A DNA stretch of 64,000 nt. Origin: Mobula hypostoma. Its lineage: Eukaryota. Numbering within the stretch: position 1 is the stretch's first letter; every line of letters starts with the position of its first letter. Positions 49,232-62,523 of this stretch are shown one piece after another. Both the position numbers and the translations under genes were made by a program. The notes below the pieces were generated by a model. That model did no database searches, had not been told where the DNA came from, and saw only the letters and a list, made by a program, of their open reading frames with translations. The stretch covers positions 136,774,001-136,838,000 of the forward strand of contig NC_086097.1 in NCBI RefSeq assembly GCF_963921235.1, read 5' to 3'.

Positions 49232-51744
49232 CAGGTGTCCCCCGCTTTTCGAATGTTCGCTTTACGAAACCTCACTGTTACGAAAGACCTACATTAGTTC
49301 CCTGTTTTCGCTTTCAGAAAGTGTTTTCACTGTTACGAAGAAAGGCAGCGCACGAAAAAAATCAGCGCGTGCCCCGAGCAGCCGCTCTCCCCCGGATTCG
49401 GAACGGCATTCTGGCCGGCATTGCTTTAACACATGCCTGTGAGCAGCCGTTTGCAAAATGATTTCTAAGATAGATAGATAGATATACTTTATTGATCCTG
49501 AGGGAAATTGGGTTTCGTTACAGCCGCACCAACCAAGAATAGAGCATAAATATAGCAATACAAAACCCACAAACAATCAAACAACAAAATGCAAACTATG
49601 CCAGATGGAAAATAAGTCCAGGATCAGTCTATTGGCTCAGGGTGTCTGATCCTCCACGGGAGGAGCTGCAAGTTCGATGGCCACAGGCAGGAACGACCTC
49701 CCGTGCCACCCAGTGTTGTATCTCGGTGGAATATGGCTGAAGTCCAACAGCAAAAAGTTCAATATCCGGTCTACAAACACGTTCCTCGATCGTAATATGA
49801 CCCGGATTGCACCATCTGTTGTTAACCAGAACAGCAAGCACCCAACTCCTTTACGCTTACCGCTCTCAGTGCACTTCCGGTCAGCCGGAACGGTCTGGAA
49901 GCCGTCCATGGAAATGTCTTGATCGGGTATGTCCTCGTGCAGCCCTGTTCCAGTGAAACACATCACACTGCACTCCCGAAATGTTCTCTGACACCTGGCT
50001 AGCACCGTGAACTCGTCCATTTTATTACCCACCGAATTCCTCTTCTCCATAAGTCTCTGTTGTCTCGACCCGGTCCTCTTTCCTCGACTTTGTGATCCCC
50101 CTCTGCATCCTCTGTGTGTTTTCCTCCAGATTTCAGCAGGGGTGTCCGCCGCTCTGCTCGGTAAACCGGCCGGCATAAGCGCAAGCAGTTGGTCCCTGGA
50201 ATAAACAATGCGACCATGCTTCTGTCCCGCTACTGAGGCATGTCGGAATGTAACTATTTCCAGTGCTAAAAACCCAAATAACACTCTCTCTACCAGCATG
50301 TTAGAGAGGGTGCAGCTTCAACATGCTACCGTGAGAAAAAAAATACAAAAAATAACGTAAGGTGTCGGAAAAGCCTAAGAGAGCTCGTAAGGGTATTACA
50401 CTTAGCATAAAACTAGACATAATTAAGCGTTTTGATCGCGGTGAACCAAGTAAGGACAAAGTGAGTTTGGCTTGTGGAAGCTGACGAAGATGATGTTGAA
50501 GAGGTTTTGGCATCCCATGACCAAGAACTGATAGATGAAGAGCTGATGCAATTGGAAGAAGAAAGGATAACAATTGAAACCGAATGCAGTAGCGAACTGA
50601 ACGTGAAGTAACTGCGTGAGATTTTCGCTGCAATGATAAAGTATGACTTTAATTTTGAAAGGGTACGTAAGTTTAGGGGATATTTGCAAGATGGTTTGAA
50701 TCCTTACAAAGAACTGTATGATACAAAAATGTGCGAGGCTCAGCAGTCAAGCAAGCCTTCCACATCAGCCACAGCAGACGACGAACCTCGACCTTCGACA
50801 TCGAGGCAGGCAGTCATAGGAGAAGATGAGCTGCCTGGTCTATTGGAAACAGATGATGAGAAGACACCCTAGTGTCCCACCACCCCAACAGCCAGGCCGC
50901 GGACAGATACCGATTTGCGGAGAATGCAACGGTAGCCGGGAGGCACCCAGCACATCTTTAAGAAAAAAGCCGAAATAAACATGCTAATTAATTAGGTGCC
51001 GCCCGACACGTAATTGTTGGCCCAGATCAGAGACAACGCAATTGGAAATCGGCACTGATCTGGGCCGACAATTACGTGCCGGGCGGCACCTAATTAATCA
51101 GCATGTTTATTTTGGCTTTTTTCTTAAAGATGTGCTGTGTGCCTCCCAGCTACTGCTGCACTCCTGCATGCTTCGCGGCAATGTATTGGTCGGCGGCTTG
51201 GAGGGTGGGGGCCACTGCACCACCCCAACCTGTGACGACTCAGTCTAACACGCCATCATCAGCGTGCTCGGCGCTGAACCAATTCTGGTAAGTGATACTA
51301 CATTGTACATACATTATTTCTACTTTATATAGGCTGTGTATTTTTACGTGTTATTTGGTATGATTTGGCAGCTTCATAGCTTAAAGGTTGCTGGAGAGCG
51401 CTTGTGTGAGATTTTCTGTCGACGGCACTTGCGTGAGATTTTCTGTTGACAGCGCTTGTGTGAGATTTTCGCTACGGAGAACAGTGCAGTAATGATTGTG
51501 GAAAAGTATTTCTACTTTATATAGGCTGTGTATTTATCATATCATTCCTGCTTTTAGTATATGTTACTGTTATTTTAGGTTTTATGTGTTATTTGGCATG
51601 ATTTGGTAGGTTATTTTTGGGTCTGCGAACGCTCACAAAATTTTCCCATATAAATAAATGGTAATTGCTTCTTCGCTTTACAACATTTCGGCTTATGAAC
51701 CGTTTCATGGGAACGCTGTACCTTCAGATGGTGGGGGAAACCAG
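49232..51744 (+). mobile_element. Tigger deletion derivative A, with a nested Rex derivative and a palindromic hAT-type MITE
   Basis: TA|caggtgtcccccgc ... gggggaaaccag|TA; transposase N- and C-terminal fragments matching 57029-59768. Confidence 0.92.
49470..50357 (-). mobile_element. Internally deleted Rex1/Babar derivative (5' end + APE start fused to 3' end)
   Basis: YSRDQLLAL, NKMDE..CFT..IPD..DGF..ADR..GKRKG joined to RSFLPVAIEL; (tcta)n tail; taag on both flanks. Confidence 0.85.
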
Positions 51745-52334
51745 TATGTCATCTGGGCTACTTAATTGCCCGGGGTGAATGTGGAAGGGCTTAGGGAGTA
51801 GTAAATAGTGACATGATTGTAGATGGCCCCATCAGTAATCTTGACTGTGCTGCTGCAAGGCTGAGATGAAAATGCCATGAATGCTGGTGGGCAGGGTGTG
51901 GTGTGGGGGAAACAATGTAATCAAAGGAGTTGCAGTGGAGATTCTGGGAGTTTGAATGAAATAGGATGGAATTTTCAGGTCATTAGAGGCTAAGGATTAG
52001 TTGGGGAACTGGGTTCAATAAGCAAAACATACTGGATGCCAAGTTCCAGAGGGAATGAGGGAGGTATCAAGACATAACCATACCTGGCGCAATATACCCT
52101 GATGTCTCAGTGAGTAATAAGATGCTGTCACCTGTGATACAACTACTTAATGACAAGCTATCAATGGCCCACAGTGGGAACAACCTTGTCAAGAACTTAA
52201 ACAGGAGCAGAAGCAAGTTATTTAGTCCAACAACACTGCTCTGCATTCAGTAAAACCATTATCAATTTCCATATCTCTGCTGTCCTTTCCTGCCTATTTC
52301 CCATTTCTATGAAACCCATTGGTGCACAAAACTC

Positions 52335-55300
52335 AGAATTGGGTTTATGATCATTGCCATACGTCATGAAGTTTGTTGTTTAGCGACGGCAGTACAGTGC
52401 AGTACATAAAAATTGCTATAAATTACAGGCTTCCCCCTCCATCTGAAGGTAGAGCGTTCCTATGAAACGGTTCGTAAGCCGGAATGTCGTAAAGCGAAGA
52501 AGCAATTACCATTTATTTATATGGGAAAATTTTGTGAGCGTTCGCAGACCCAAAAATAACCTACCAAATCATGCCAAATAACACAAAACCTAAACTAACA
52601 GTAACATATAGTAAAAGCAGGAATGATATGATAAATACACAGCTTATATAAAGTAGAAATACTTTTCCACAGTCATTGCCTGAACTGTTCTCTGTAGCGA
52701 AAATCTCACGCAAGTGCCATCGGCAAAAACACGGCGCAAGCACTCTCCGGTAACCTTTAAGCTATGAAGCTGCCAAATCATACCAAATAACACGTAAAAA
52801 TACACAGCCGATATAAAATAGAAATAATGTATGTACAGTGTAGTATCACTTACCGGAATTGGGAAAGCGTGGAACACACTGATGGTGGTGTGTTAGGCAG
52901 AGTCGTCAGAGTTTGGGTGGTGCAGTGGCCCCCACCCTCCGGGCAGCGACCCGATACTGATCCGCAAAGCATGCAGCGGTACAGTGGTAACCGGGAGGCA
53001 CACAGCACATCTTTAAGAAACAAAGCCGAAATAAACATGCTAATTGCCGATTGCATCGCCTCTGATCTGGGCCGACAATTACGTGTCGGGCGGTACCTCA
53101 TTAATTAGCATGTTTATTTCGCCTTTTTTCTTAAAGATATGATGTGTGTCTCCCGGCTACTGCTGCATTCTCTGCGAATCAGTACCTGTCCGCAGCCTGG
53201 GGGTTGGGGTGGTGGGACACTGGGGTGTCATCTTGTCGTCTGTTTCCATTAGAGCAGGCAGCTCATCTTCTCCTACGACTGCCCGCCTCGGTGTCGAAGG
53301 TCGAGGTTCGTTGTCTGCTGTGGCTGATGTGGAAGGCTTGCTTGACTGCTGAGCCTCGCGCATTTTTCTATCATACAGTTCTTTGTAAGCACTCAAACCA
53401 TCTTGTAAATATCCCCTAAACTGACGTACCCTTTCAAAATTAAAGTCATACGTTATCATTACTCATTCGGTTTCGATTGTTATCCTTTCCTCTTCCAATT
53501 GCATCAGCTCTTCATCTATCAGTTCTTGGTCATGGGATGCCAAAACCCCTTCAACATCATCTTCGTCAGCTTCCACAAGCCAAACTCATTTAGTCCTTAC
53601 TTCGTTCACCACGATCAAAACGCTTAATTATGTCTAGTTTTACGCTAAGTGTAACACTCTTACGAGCTCTTTCAGGCTTTTCCGATACCTTAGAACTCAT
53701 CTTGCAAACGGCTGCTCACAGGCACGTGTTTAAGCAATGCCGGCGAGATTGCAGTTCCGAATCCAGGGGGAGAGCGGCTGCTGGGAGCGCGCGCTGCCTT
53801 TTATCGCGCGCTGATTTTTTTCACACACTGCTTTTTTCATAACAGTGAAAACACCTTCTGTTAGCGAAAACAGGGAACTAATGTTGGTCTTTTGTAACAG
53901 TGAGGTTTTGTAAAGCGAACGTTCGAAAAGCGGGGGACACCTGTACAGTAAGTATATAAAAGAATAAACAGTGCAAAAAAAAAAAGAGTAAAGAGGTGAG
54001 GTGGTGTTCATGGACCATTCAGAAATTTGATGACAAAGGGGAAGAAGCTGTTCTTAAAGTGTTGAGAGGTCATCTTCAGTCTCCTGTAATTCCTTGATTC
54101 CTTAATGAGAAGAGGGCATGTCTTGGATGGTGAGGTCCTACATGATAGATGCTGCCTTCATGAGGCGTTGTCTTTTCAAAATGTCCTCTATGGTGGGGAG
54201 GTTAATGCCCATGATGGAGCTAGCAGAGGTTACAACCTCTGCAGCTTTTTCCAATCAGCTGCATTGGCATCTCCATACCAGACGGTGATGCAACCAGTCA
54301 GAATACAGCTGTAGAAATTTGCTAGAATCTTTAGTGACATACCAAATCTCCTCAAAATCTTAATAAAATCTAGCTGCTGACATGCCTTTTTCCTATTTGC
54401 ATCAAAGGCCCAGGATGTTGACAGGATCTTCAAAGATGTTGACACCCAGGAGCTTGAAACTACTCTCTTTCTCCAATGCTGACCCCACAAGGAGAACTGC
54501 TGTGTGTTCCCCTGATTTCCTCTTCTTGAGGTCCACAATCAATTCCTTGGTCTTACTGATGTTAAGTGCAAGGTTGTTGTTTCAACATCACTCAACTAGC
54601 TGACTTGTCTCGCTCCTGTACGTCTCCTCGTTGCCAACAACAGTTCTGTCATTGGCGAATTTATAGATATGCCTAACCACACACTCATGATTGTGGACAT
54701 AGCAGAGCAGTGGCCTAACCATGCAGCCTTGAGGTACGCCTTTGTTGATTGCCTGCGAAGAGAAGATGTTCTTTCTGATCTGGACCGACTGCAGTCTCCC
54801 AATGAGGAAGTCTAGAATCCAGTTGCAGAGGGACGTACAGAGGCCTAAATTTTGAAGTTTGTTGATTAGTACTGAGGAGATGATTGTATTGAGTGCTAAG
54901 CTAGAATCAATAAACATCAGCCTGATGTAGATATTGCTGTTGTCCATGTGGTCGAAAGCCAAGTGGAGTGCCAGTGAGATTGCTTCTGCTGTAGATCTGT
55001 TGTGGCAGAAGGCAAATTGCAGCAGGTCCAGGTCCTTTCTCAGGCAGGAGTTAATACTAGCCATGACTGACCTCTCAAAGCACTTCATCAGTAGATGTGA
55101 ATGCTACTGAGCAGTAGTCATTGAAGCAGCTCACCCTGTTCTTCTTGAATACTAGTATTGATTGATGCCGTTTTGAAGGACGTTGGAACCTATGAATGCA
55201 GCAGTAAGACATTGAAGATATCCTTGACAACTCTAGTAAGTTGGTTGGTACAGGTTTTCAGTGTCCTGCCAAGTACACTATAGGACCCTGACATCTTGCA

Positions 55301-55420
55301 ATGGGTCACCCTCTTAAAAGGTGTTATTATGTCATCCTCTCAGACAGTTGTCACAGGGATTGCATATGCTGTGGGGATCACACAGGAATAGTTTTATTCC
55401 CCTTTTCAAAGCAAGCATAG
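52335..55420 (-). mobile_element. Rex1/Babar LINE (RT + 3' UTR) interrupted by Tigger B
   Basis: MKCFER..DLLQFAF..RLMFIDSSLALNTI..WILDFL..GVPQGC..KFAND; tail at 52335-52425. Confidence 0.82.
52426..53943 (-). mobile_element. Tigger deletion derivative B with palindromic hAT-type MITE
   Basis: TA|caggcttccccc ... gcgggggacacctg|TA; reverse complement of copy A without the Rex insert. Confidence 0.92.
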
Positions 55421-56089
55421 AAGGCCTACTGCTCATCTGGGAGTGAAGCATCAACCGTTCGTGATGTTAGGTTTCACCTTGTAGGAACTTATTGCTTATT
55501 CTTACAAGGAAGTGAAAATCTTTATGGGGACTTTGCTGCATGTCAATAGGCACAGCAGAATAGCTGTGGACTTCCCCATAGGAAATTCAAGTCTGGGAAA
55601 GTGCTAAGAGTGGGAATACAGAAATAATGGGGCAATCTGTTCAAGAGGTGAGGAAATAAATATGCTGGCTCACCTGGGTGGTCCATTAACATCTTGAGTT
55701 TGTGGACAAACCAGACACGTTGCTTTCCTAAATGGTATATGTACTACAGATGTTCTATCTCAGTGTTTATTATGGCAGAAGTTGTCGTTGTGTCTGCACT
55801 CACTCTGCTTACTGCTCTGGTGAAACAAGGGAGAATTAATGGCATGTTGCCGTGCAGTCTGGAAAGGTTACTGATCTCTTTTGAAGTTCATGATTGAAAA
55901 GATATGCTGAAAGCTATGAGGGCTGAGATGGAAAACTTTTGCATGGTTATGCAGAAGAAAAAGATACTTAGCTTTGTTTTAATTCAGTGTGAGATCCAAG
56001 GTTAAAAAAAGGCACAGACTTTGTGGACCAAAAGGCCAGTTTACATGCTGTATCTCTGCAACAGGTTGTATTAAATCAGCTTACCAGGG

Positions 56090-56830
56090 CAAGAGAGGTC
56101 ACATGGTTGAATGATGCCAGTAAAACCAAAGAGCTGAATGTTGACTTTAGGAAGGGGAAGGAGGTGGAAAATGTACCAGTCCATAATGGGGGGTCAGCAG
56201 TGAAGAGAGTCAGCAAATTTAAATTCCTGGACATTAACATGTCGAATGACTTGTCCTGGACCCAGCATATAGATGCAATCATATGCAAAGCACACCGAAC
56301 TCTAACAAACTTCTACAGATGTACTGTTAAAAGTATCTTGACTGTTTGCAACATGGTCTGGTACAGGAATGTAATAATCTGGAGAGAGCAATGGACTCAG
56401 CCCAACAATACATCACAGACATCTCCTTCCCCACAATTAGTAGTACCCGCAGGAGACTTTGCCTCAAGAAGACAACATCCATCATCAACGATCCTCACAC
56501 TTTGGGCCATGCCATCTTTTTGTAGTCACCATCAGGCAGGAAGTACAGAATCTGAAATCCTGCTCAGGTTCAAGAACTGCTACTTCCTTTCAACCATTCA
56601 GTTATTGAACCAACTGGCAAAACCCTAATCATCAGAGATTAGCAACGTTGTGACCACTTTGATCACATTGCACTAAAATGGACTTTGTTCTAGTTGTGCT
56701 GTATAATTTGTTTTTCTTGTTAATTCCTTTAGATGCTATGTACCTCTGAAGCTGCGGCAAGATGTTTTTCTTTCACCTGTGCATACATGTACTTGTGCAT
56801 ATGATAACACACTTGACTTTGACTTCAACC
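56090..56830 (+). mobile_element. Rex-type LINE 3' remnant
   Basis: KTKELNVDFRK, VSKFKFL, NFYRCTVKSILT; (gactt)n tail. Confidence 0.78.
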
Positions 56831-57028
56831 CTAGGAATGTGTGAAGTGGAGGTGATAGCTCTAAAGACTCATCTGCAAAGGCACTCTTGAAACAGCATCC
56901 TGAGAGTGTCTCAGTGCATTGCCCTGTCATTGGGCAGACAAGAGTGCAGGGTTGCAGCCAAAATTCTTCTAAGTGCAAGATGTCAATCTCAGTTGTGACT
57001 AGGTGAGGTCTGGACTAGAAGCTGTGTA

Positions 57029-59768
57029 CAGGTTTCCCCCGCCATCCGAAGGTAGAGCGTTCCAGTGAGATGGTTTGTAAGCCGAAATGTCGTAAAGTGA
57101 AGAAGCAATTACCATTTATTAATATGGGAAAAATTTTTGCGCGGTTCCAGACCCAAAAAATAACCTACCAAATCATGCCAAATAATACATAAAACCTAAA
57201 GTAACAGTAACATATAGTAAAAGCAGGAATTATATGATAAATACACAGCCTATATAAAGTAGAAATACTTTTTGCAATCATTGAAGCACCACCTAGCGCA
57301 GCGAAAATCTCACGCATGCGCTCTCAGCAGAAACACTCTCTCCAGTAACCTTTAAGCTATGAGGCTGCCAAATCGTACCAAATAACAAATCATACTAAAT
57401 AACACAAAAATTCACAGCCCATATAAAGTAGAAATACTTCTTGCAATCATTGAAGCACAGTCTAGCGCAGCGAAAATCTCACGCATGCGCTCTCGGTGGA
57501 AGGCACTGTCGGCGCAGGCGCTGTCGGTGGAAGGCACTGTCGGCTGAAGGTGCTGTCGGCGCAGGCGCTGTCAGCGGAAGGACTCTCTCCAGTAACCTTT
57601 AAGCTATGAGGCTGCCAAATCATACCAAATAACAAATCATACCAAATAACACAAAAATACACAACCTATATAAAGTAAAAAATAATGTATGTACAATGTA
57701 GTTTCACTTACGGGAATCGGGATGGTGTGTTAGGCTGAGTTGTCGGAAATTGGGGTGGTGGGAGGTAGAAGAGACTGGGATGTCATCTCATTGTAGTCTA
57801 TTTCCAATAGGGCAGCCAGGTCATCTGCTTCTATGTCTGCCTGCCTCGATGTTGAAGGTCGAGGTTCGTTGTCTGCTGTGGCTGATGTGCAAGGCTTGAA
57901 AAACGACAGTATACTTGACTGCTGAGCCTCGCACATTTTTAGATCATACAGTTCTTTGTAAGCACTCAAAACATCCTGCAAACCTGCCCTAAACCTACAT
58001 GCCCTTTCAAAATTAAAGTCATAGTTTTCTGCAATCATTGCAGCGCTGTCAATCGCAGCGAAAATCTCACGTTCAGTCCCTGGACGACTTCATTTTCGCT
58101 ACTGCATTCGGTTTCGATTGTTATCCTTTCCTCTTGCAATTGCATCAGCTCTTCATCTGTCAATTCTTGGTCATGGGATGCCAAAACCTCCTCAACATCA
58201 TCTTCGTCAACTTCCACAAACCCAGCCTCCTTAGCCAAGCTTACTATTGTCGTATTTATTGTTGATGGTTCGAAGCCTTTAAAATCGTTCACTGCTTCGG
58301 GACATAGTTTCCTCCAAACGCCATTTCTCATCGAGCCAGTTAGCCTATCAAGAGCATCTCCACTGTTGGCGATTGCCAATTTCATATTGTAGTCTTTCCA
58401 CAACTCTCGCAAAGATGCTTCGGAGTTGCCCTCTGTCAACAGCACTTACAATAAAACACATCTCATTTTGCGTATAGTAAGCCTTAATTGTGGCTATTAG
58501 GCCTTGGTCACATGGCTGCAGCAACGATGTCGTATTCGGCAGTAAGAACGTAACACGAATGTTACTGCCATACTCAGTAATGGCAGGCGGATGAGCAACA
58601 CAATTATCCACAATCACAAGACACCTATTATTGAGGTTATTTTCTCTAGAGTATTTTTCAACAAAAGGACTAACGTATCTGCTCATGTACTCGGAAAAAA
58701 GCACTTGGGTGTTCCACCTGCTTGGATGTGAACGGAACACAACGGAAAGTGTTTTCTTATCGACGCCTTTAAGTGCCCTCGGATTTTCTGAATGGTACAC
58801 TAGTAGAGGCTTAGTGGCACTAATAATAGGCATTAGGGTAAACCTGTCCTTCAATGCCTTGTGTCCCTCAGCCTGCTTTTCTTCTTTCGAAATAAATGTC
58901 TTACTCGGCAATTTTTTCCAATAAATTGCAGTTTCGTCACAGTTAAACACTTGCTTATATGAATAACCACCTTCTGTAATATTTTCTTCAGTTCTGCTGG
59001 AAACCTTTCAGCAGCTTCAGTATCAGCCGAAGCACTCTCTCCGGTAAACGTTAAACTATGAAGCTGCCCTCGCCTCAGAAACCGATCAAACCACCCATGA
59101 CTACCTTTAAATTCCACTTTCGCAATACTTTCATCACCATCGTCCAATGCTTTCTGTTTCAGCTTATTAAAAAGACTGACTGATTTCTCCTTAAGTATAA
59201 GATAACTTAAAGGAACACCACATTTTGTACACCCATCAATTCACTCAAGCAATAGACTTTCCATTTTATCCATTACTGGATGCCGACTAAGAGAGACCAC
59301 TTTGCTACGAGCAGAACCAACAGTAACATCAGCAGCTTTCAAGATTTTTTCTCTCTGTGTATAAATAGTGCGAATGGTGGAGGCAGGCAAGTTCAACGAG
59401 CGGACAATGTCCTTACTTCGTTCACCACGATCGAAATGCTTAATTATGTCTAGTTTTATGCTAAGTGTAATACCCTTACGAGCTCTTTTAGGCTTCTCCG
59501 ATACCTTCGGACTCATCTTGCTAATGGATGCACAAAATAAATCGAGATAAAGCACGTATTTAAGCAATGGCGGCTAGAATGCAGTTCCGGGGGAGGAGCT
59601 TGGCTGTTCGGGCCCGTGCTCCTTTTTTTCGCACGCCGCCATTTTTCGCGCACTGCTTTTCTCATAACAGTGAAAAAACCTTCTGTTAGCGAAAACAGGG
59701 TACTAATATAGGTCTTTCGTAACAGTGAGGTTTCGTAACGCGAACGTTCGAAAGGCGGGGAACACCTG
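57029..59768 (-). mobile_element. Near full-length Tigger/pogo DNA transposon (2740 bp)
   Basis: TIRs caggtttcccccgcc / ggcgggggaacacctg; TA TSD in a palindromic site gtgTA..TAcac. Confidence 0.95.
57730..59516 (-). pseudogene. Tigger transposase (CENP-B HTH + DDE), disrupted by stops and frameshifts
   Basis: MSPKVSEKPKRARKGITLSIKLDII, FKGSHGWFDRF, FNCDETAIYWK, VIVDNCVAHP, PNTTSLLQPCDQGLIATIKAYY. Confidence 0.92.
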
Positions 59769-60639
59769 TACACCATTCAGGAGGAGAGGTCAAGGTTGAG
59801 TCACTCCAGCTGTACACCTGTACGTTTTAGCATTCCTGAGCTTTGCCTGTGGCAAGTGCTTTTTTAGAAATTGGTAAAAGCCATTTTGTTTTATCTTTTT
59901 ATTATCCACCTGCCTCTAAATGAACTGGAAGGATTTTAGCAAAAGCTTGTTGCAGAAAGGTTGTTGTAAAAGGAAGCCAATTTTTTAAGAACTCATGCAT
60001 AACATTTTAAATAACACATTTTAATTAATTTTTTTTCTCATTGACGCTTGCTTACAAGCCTTCACCATATATGTGATTAATTCAGGTCGGTGGGATTTAT
60101 TGTATGTTACACTTGGCAAGGAGAAATTTCTTTATTTATCAGCACCTGTCTTGGGAGATCCCACACTTCAAAACACAGGACCAGCAGAATAATTTTTTCA
60201 TCTTGTAAAATTAAAAATGGGAACATTTAAAGATTTAAACTTTAAAGGTTCTTAATCTTATGAAATGGTCCAGTATTGCACAAGTATTCAATTAAAGCAT
60301 TGCACTTAACTTTCAATGCAGCTAGAATGACTTGGGAAAGATGTTGAATTTTGATAGTTATGTATTACTGTGGATTGGAGGGATGCTGAACTCCAACAGA
60401 AGAGTAATGCTAAATAGGTAATTTCAGGTTGACAAGCTGTAACGTGGATTGACACAACAATCAGCTCTGAGCCCTAAGCTATTTACAAATTACATTAATG
60501 ATGAAGGGACCAAGTGTATTGTAGCAAAATCTGCTGACAATACAAAAATACGTGGAAAAGTAGCGTCTATAGGTAATACTATCCATTTAAGCTTCATCCA
60601 GTCTTTTCTCATCTATGTATATCAATATAGCTTTCTGTT

Positions 60640-61750
60640 TCCTTCTCCATGAAGCATGCCTCAGGGTGGCATCAATTACTAAGGACCCTCACCATCCTGT
60701 ACATGCCCACTTCTCCTTATGACCATTGAGGAGAAGGTGCATTCCCAATCAACACTTTAGCATCAGTTTCTTCCCTTTCAGCATCAGATTTATGAACAGT
60801 CGATAAACCCCACCACATTTTTGCATCATTTATTTATTTTGTAACTTTTTGATGTTTTTAAACTCTCCTGCTGCCCCAATACAATCAATTTCACATCATA
60901 TAAGTCGGTGATGATAAACCTGATTCGATTCGCATGCCATCCACTACTTGTGTATCTAAAATTTTCATCTCAGCTACTCCCTCACAGTGGTGACTTTCAC
61001 ACACTCACTATCCTTTGGGTAAAAATTTCTTGTAAATTCCGTGTTGTAATTTGAGATAACTGTCTTACCTTGATGGTTTCTACTTGTGCTCTTCCCTCTG
61101 CATCTACTCTACAAAAACCCCTCTCTTTATTTGGGTAATACTGATAATGACAAGTATAAGTTATCACCAGATTGAATGGGCAGTAGAGAACTAGCTTTTA
61201 CGGCTATGTACTGTATTTCATCAGGAATTTGAGGAGACTTGGGATATCACTAACGACACTTGCAAATTTCTACAGATGTACCATGGAGAGCATTCTAACT
61301 GCTGCATCACTGTCTGGTATGGCGGTGGGGGTGGGGTGGGGGTCACTGCACAGGATCAGATAGAGGTGCAGGAAGTTGCAAACTCAGCCAGCTCCATCAT
61401 GGGTACTAGCCTCACCAGCATCGAGAACATCTTCAAAAGACGATGCATCAAAAAGACAGCATCCATTATTAAGGACCCCCATCCCCTAGGATATGCCCTT
61501 ACAGGAGCCTGAAGGCACACACTCAAAGTTTCAGGAATAGCTTCTTCGCCTCTACCACCAGATTTCTGAATACACATTGAACCCATGAAGACTACCTCAC
61601 TACTTTTTTTTCTCTTTTTGCGTACTTATTTAACATTTTAATATATATTTCTTATTGTAATGAATAGTTTTTATTATGTATTGCAATATACTGCTGCCAC
61701 AAAACAACAAATTTCGTGACATATGTCACTGATATTAAACCTAATTCCAA
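60640..61750 (+). mobile_element. Two Rex-type LINE 3' ends (~60640-60930 and ~61210-61750)
   Basis: SITKDPHHP and CITVWYG..ASIIKDPHP; ctgatt-type tails. Confidence 0.7.
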
Positions 61751-61774
61751 ACAGATTACGAGGAAATAAGTGGA

Positions 61775-62520
61775 AATATGTTGTTGGTACCAATATGTAC
61801 CAAGCCTTCTGGCTGTCCACCCTCCCCCTTTAGAAAGCTATGGACCCAATCCAAGATATCCTTGACCCTGGCAACAGGGAGGCAGCATACCATCCAAGTG
61901 TCCCTTTCACATCCACAGAATCTGCTTTCTGCTCCTCTAATTATGGAAACCCCTTTCCCTTCTGAGCCACAGAGCCAGACTCGGTGCCAGAGACCTGTTT
62001 GCTGTGGCTTCCCCCGGTAGGTTGACCCCGGACCCCCAAAGTTATCTGAAGCGGTATACTTATTATTGAGGGAAACATCCACAAGGGTACTCTTCACTGG
62101 CTGCCTATTCCCTTTCTCTCTCCTGATGGTCACCCAGGTTCCTGCTTCCTGCAGCTTAGTAGTGAATCCATACCTGTAGCTGCTATCACCTGTCTCCTCA
62201 TTTTCTTGTTTGAGCCAAAGGTCATCAAGCTGCAGCTCCAGTTCTTTAACACAGTCTGCAGCTTGGTGCATTTCATGCAGATGTAGTTATCAGGGAGACT
62301 GGATGTCTCCCAGAGTTCTTACATCACACACAAAAAACAGCACAGAATCTGGACCCATTCTCAACACACTAGGTATGTACGAACTGAAAAAAATGAAGTT
62401 ACTTACTTAGAACTTCTGCCTGTGCTTGCCCAAGCCTGTTGAGCCAAAGTCTGGCCACTCCAACATTGTCCACTCACACAGTGGGCGCTCAACTTACACC
62501 TTCCTTTTTTTTTATTGGCC
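61775..62520 (-). mobile_element. CR1 ORF1 and proximal 5' UTR
   Basis: VKELELQLDDL, NKYTA, VCCLPVARVKDI, VHIGTNN. Confidence 0.78.
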
Positions 62521-62523
62521 CCG

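Noticed and set aside
49637..50299. 220-aa ORF with a hydrophobic N-terminus as a novel protein
   Set aside because: Explained by the Rex-type LINE 5' region and APE start, frameshifted and fused to the 3' end.
57730..59516. Domesticated TIGD-type gene
   Set aside because: Intact TIRs and TSD plus multiple stops and frameshifts indicate a dead transposon copy.
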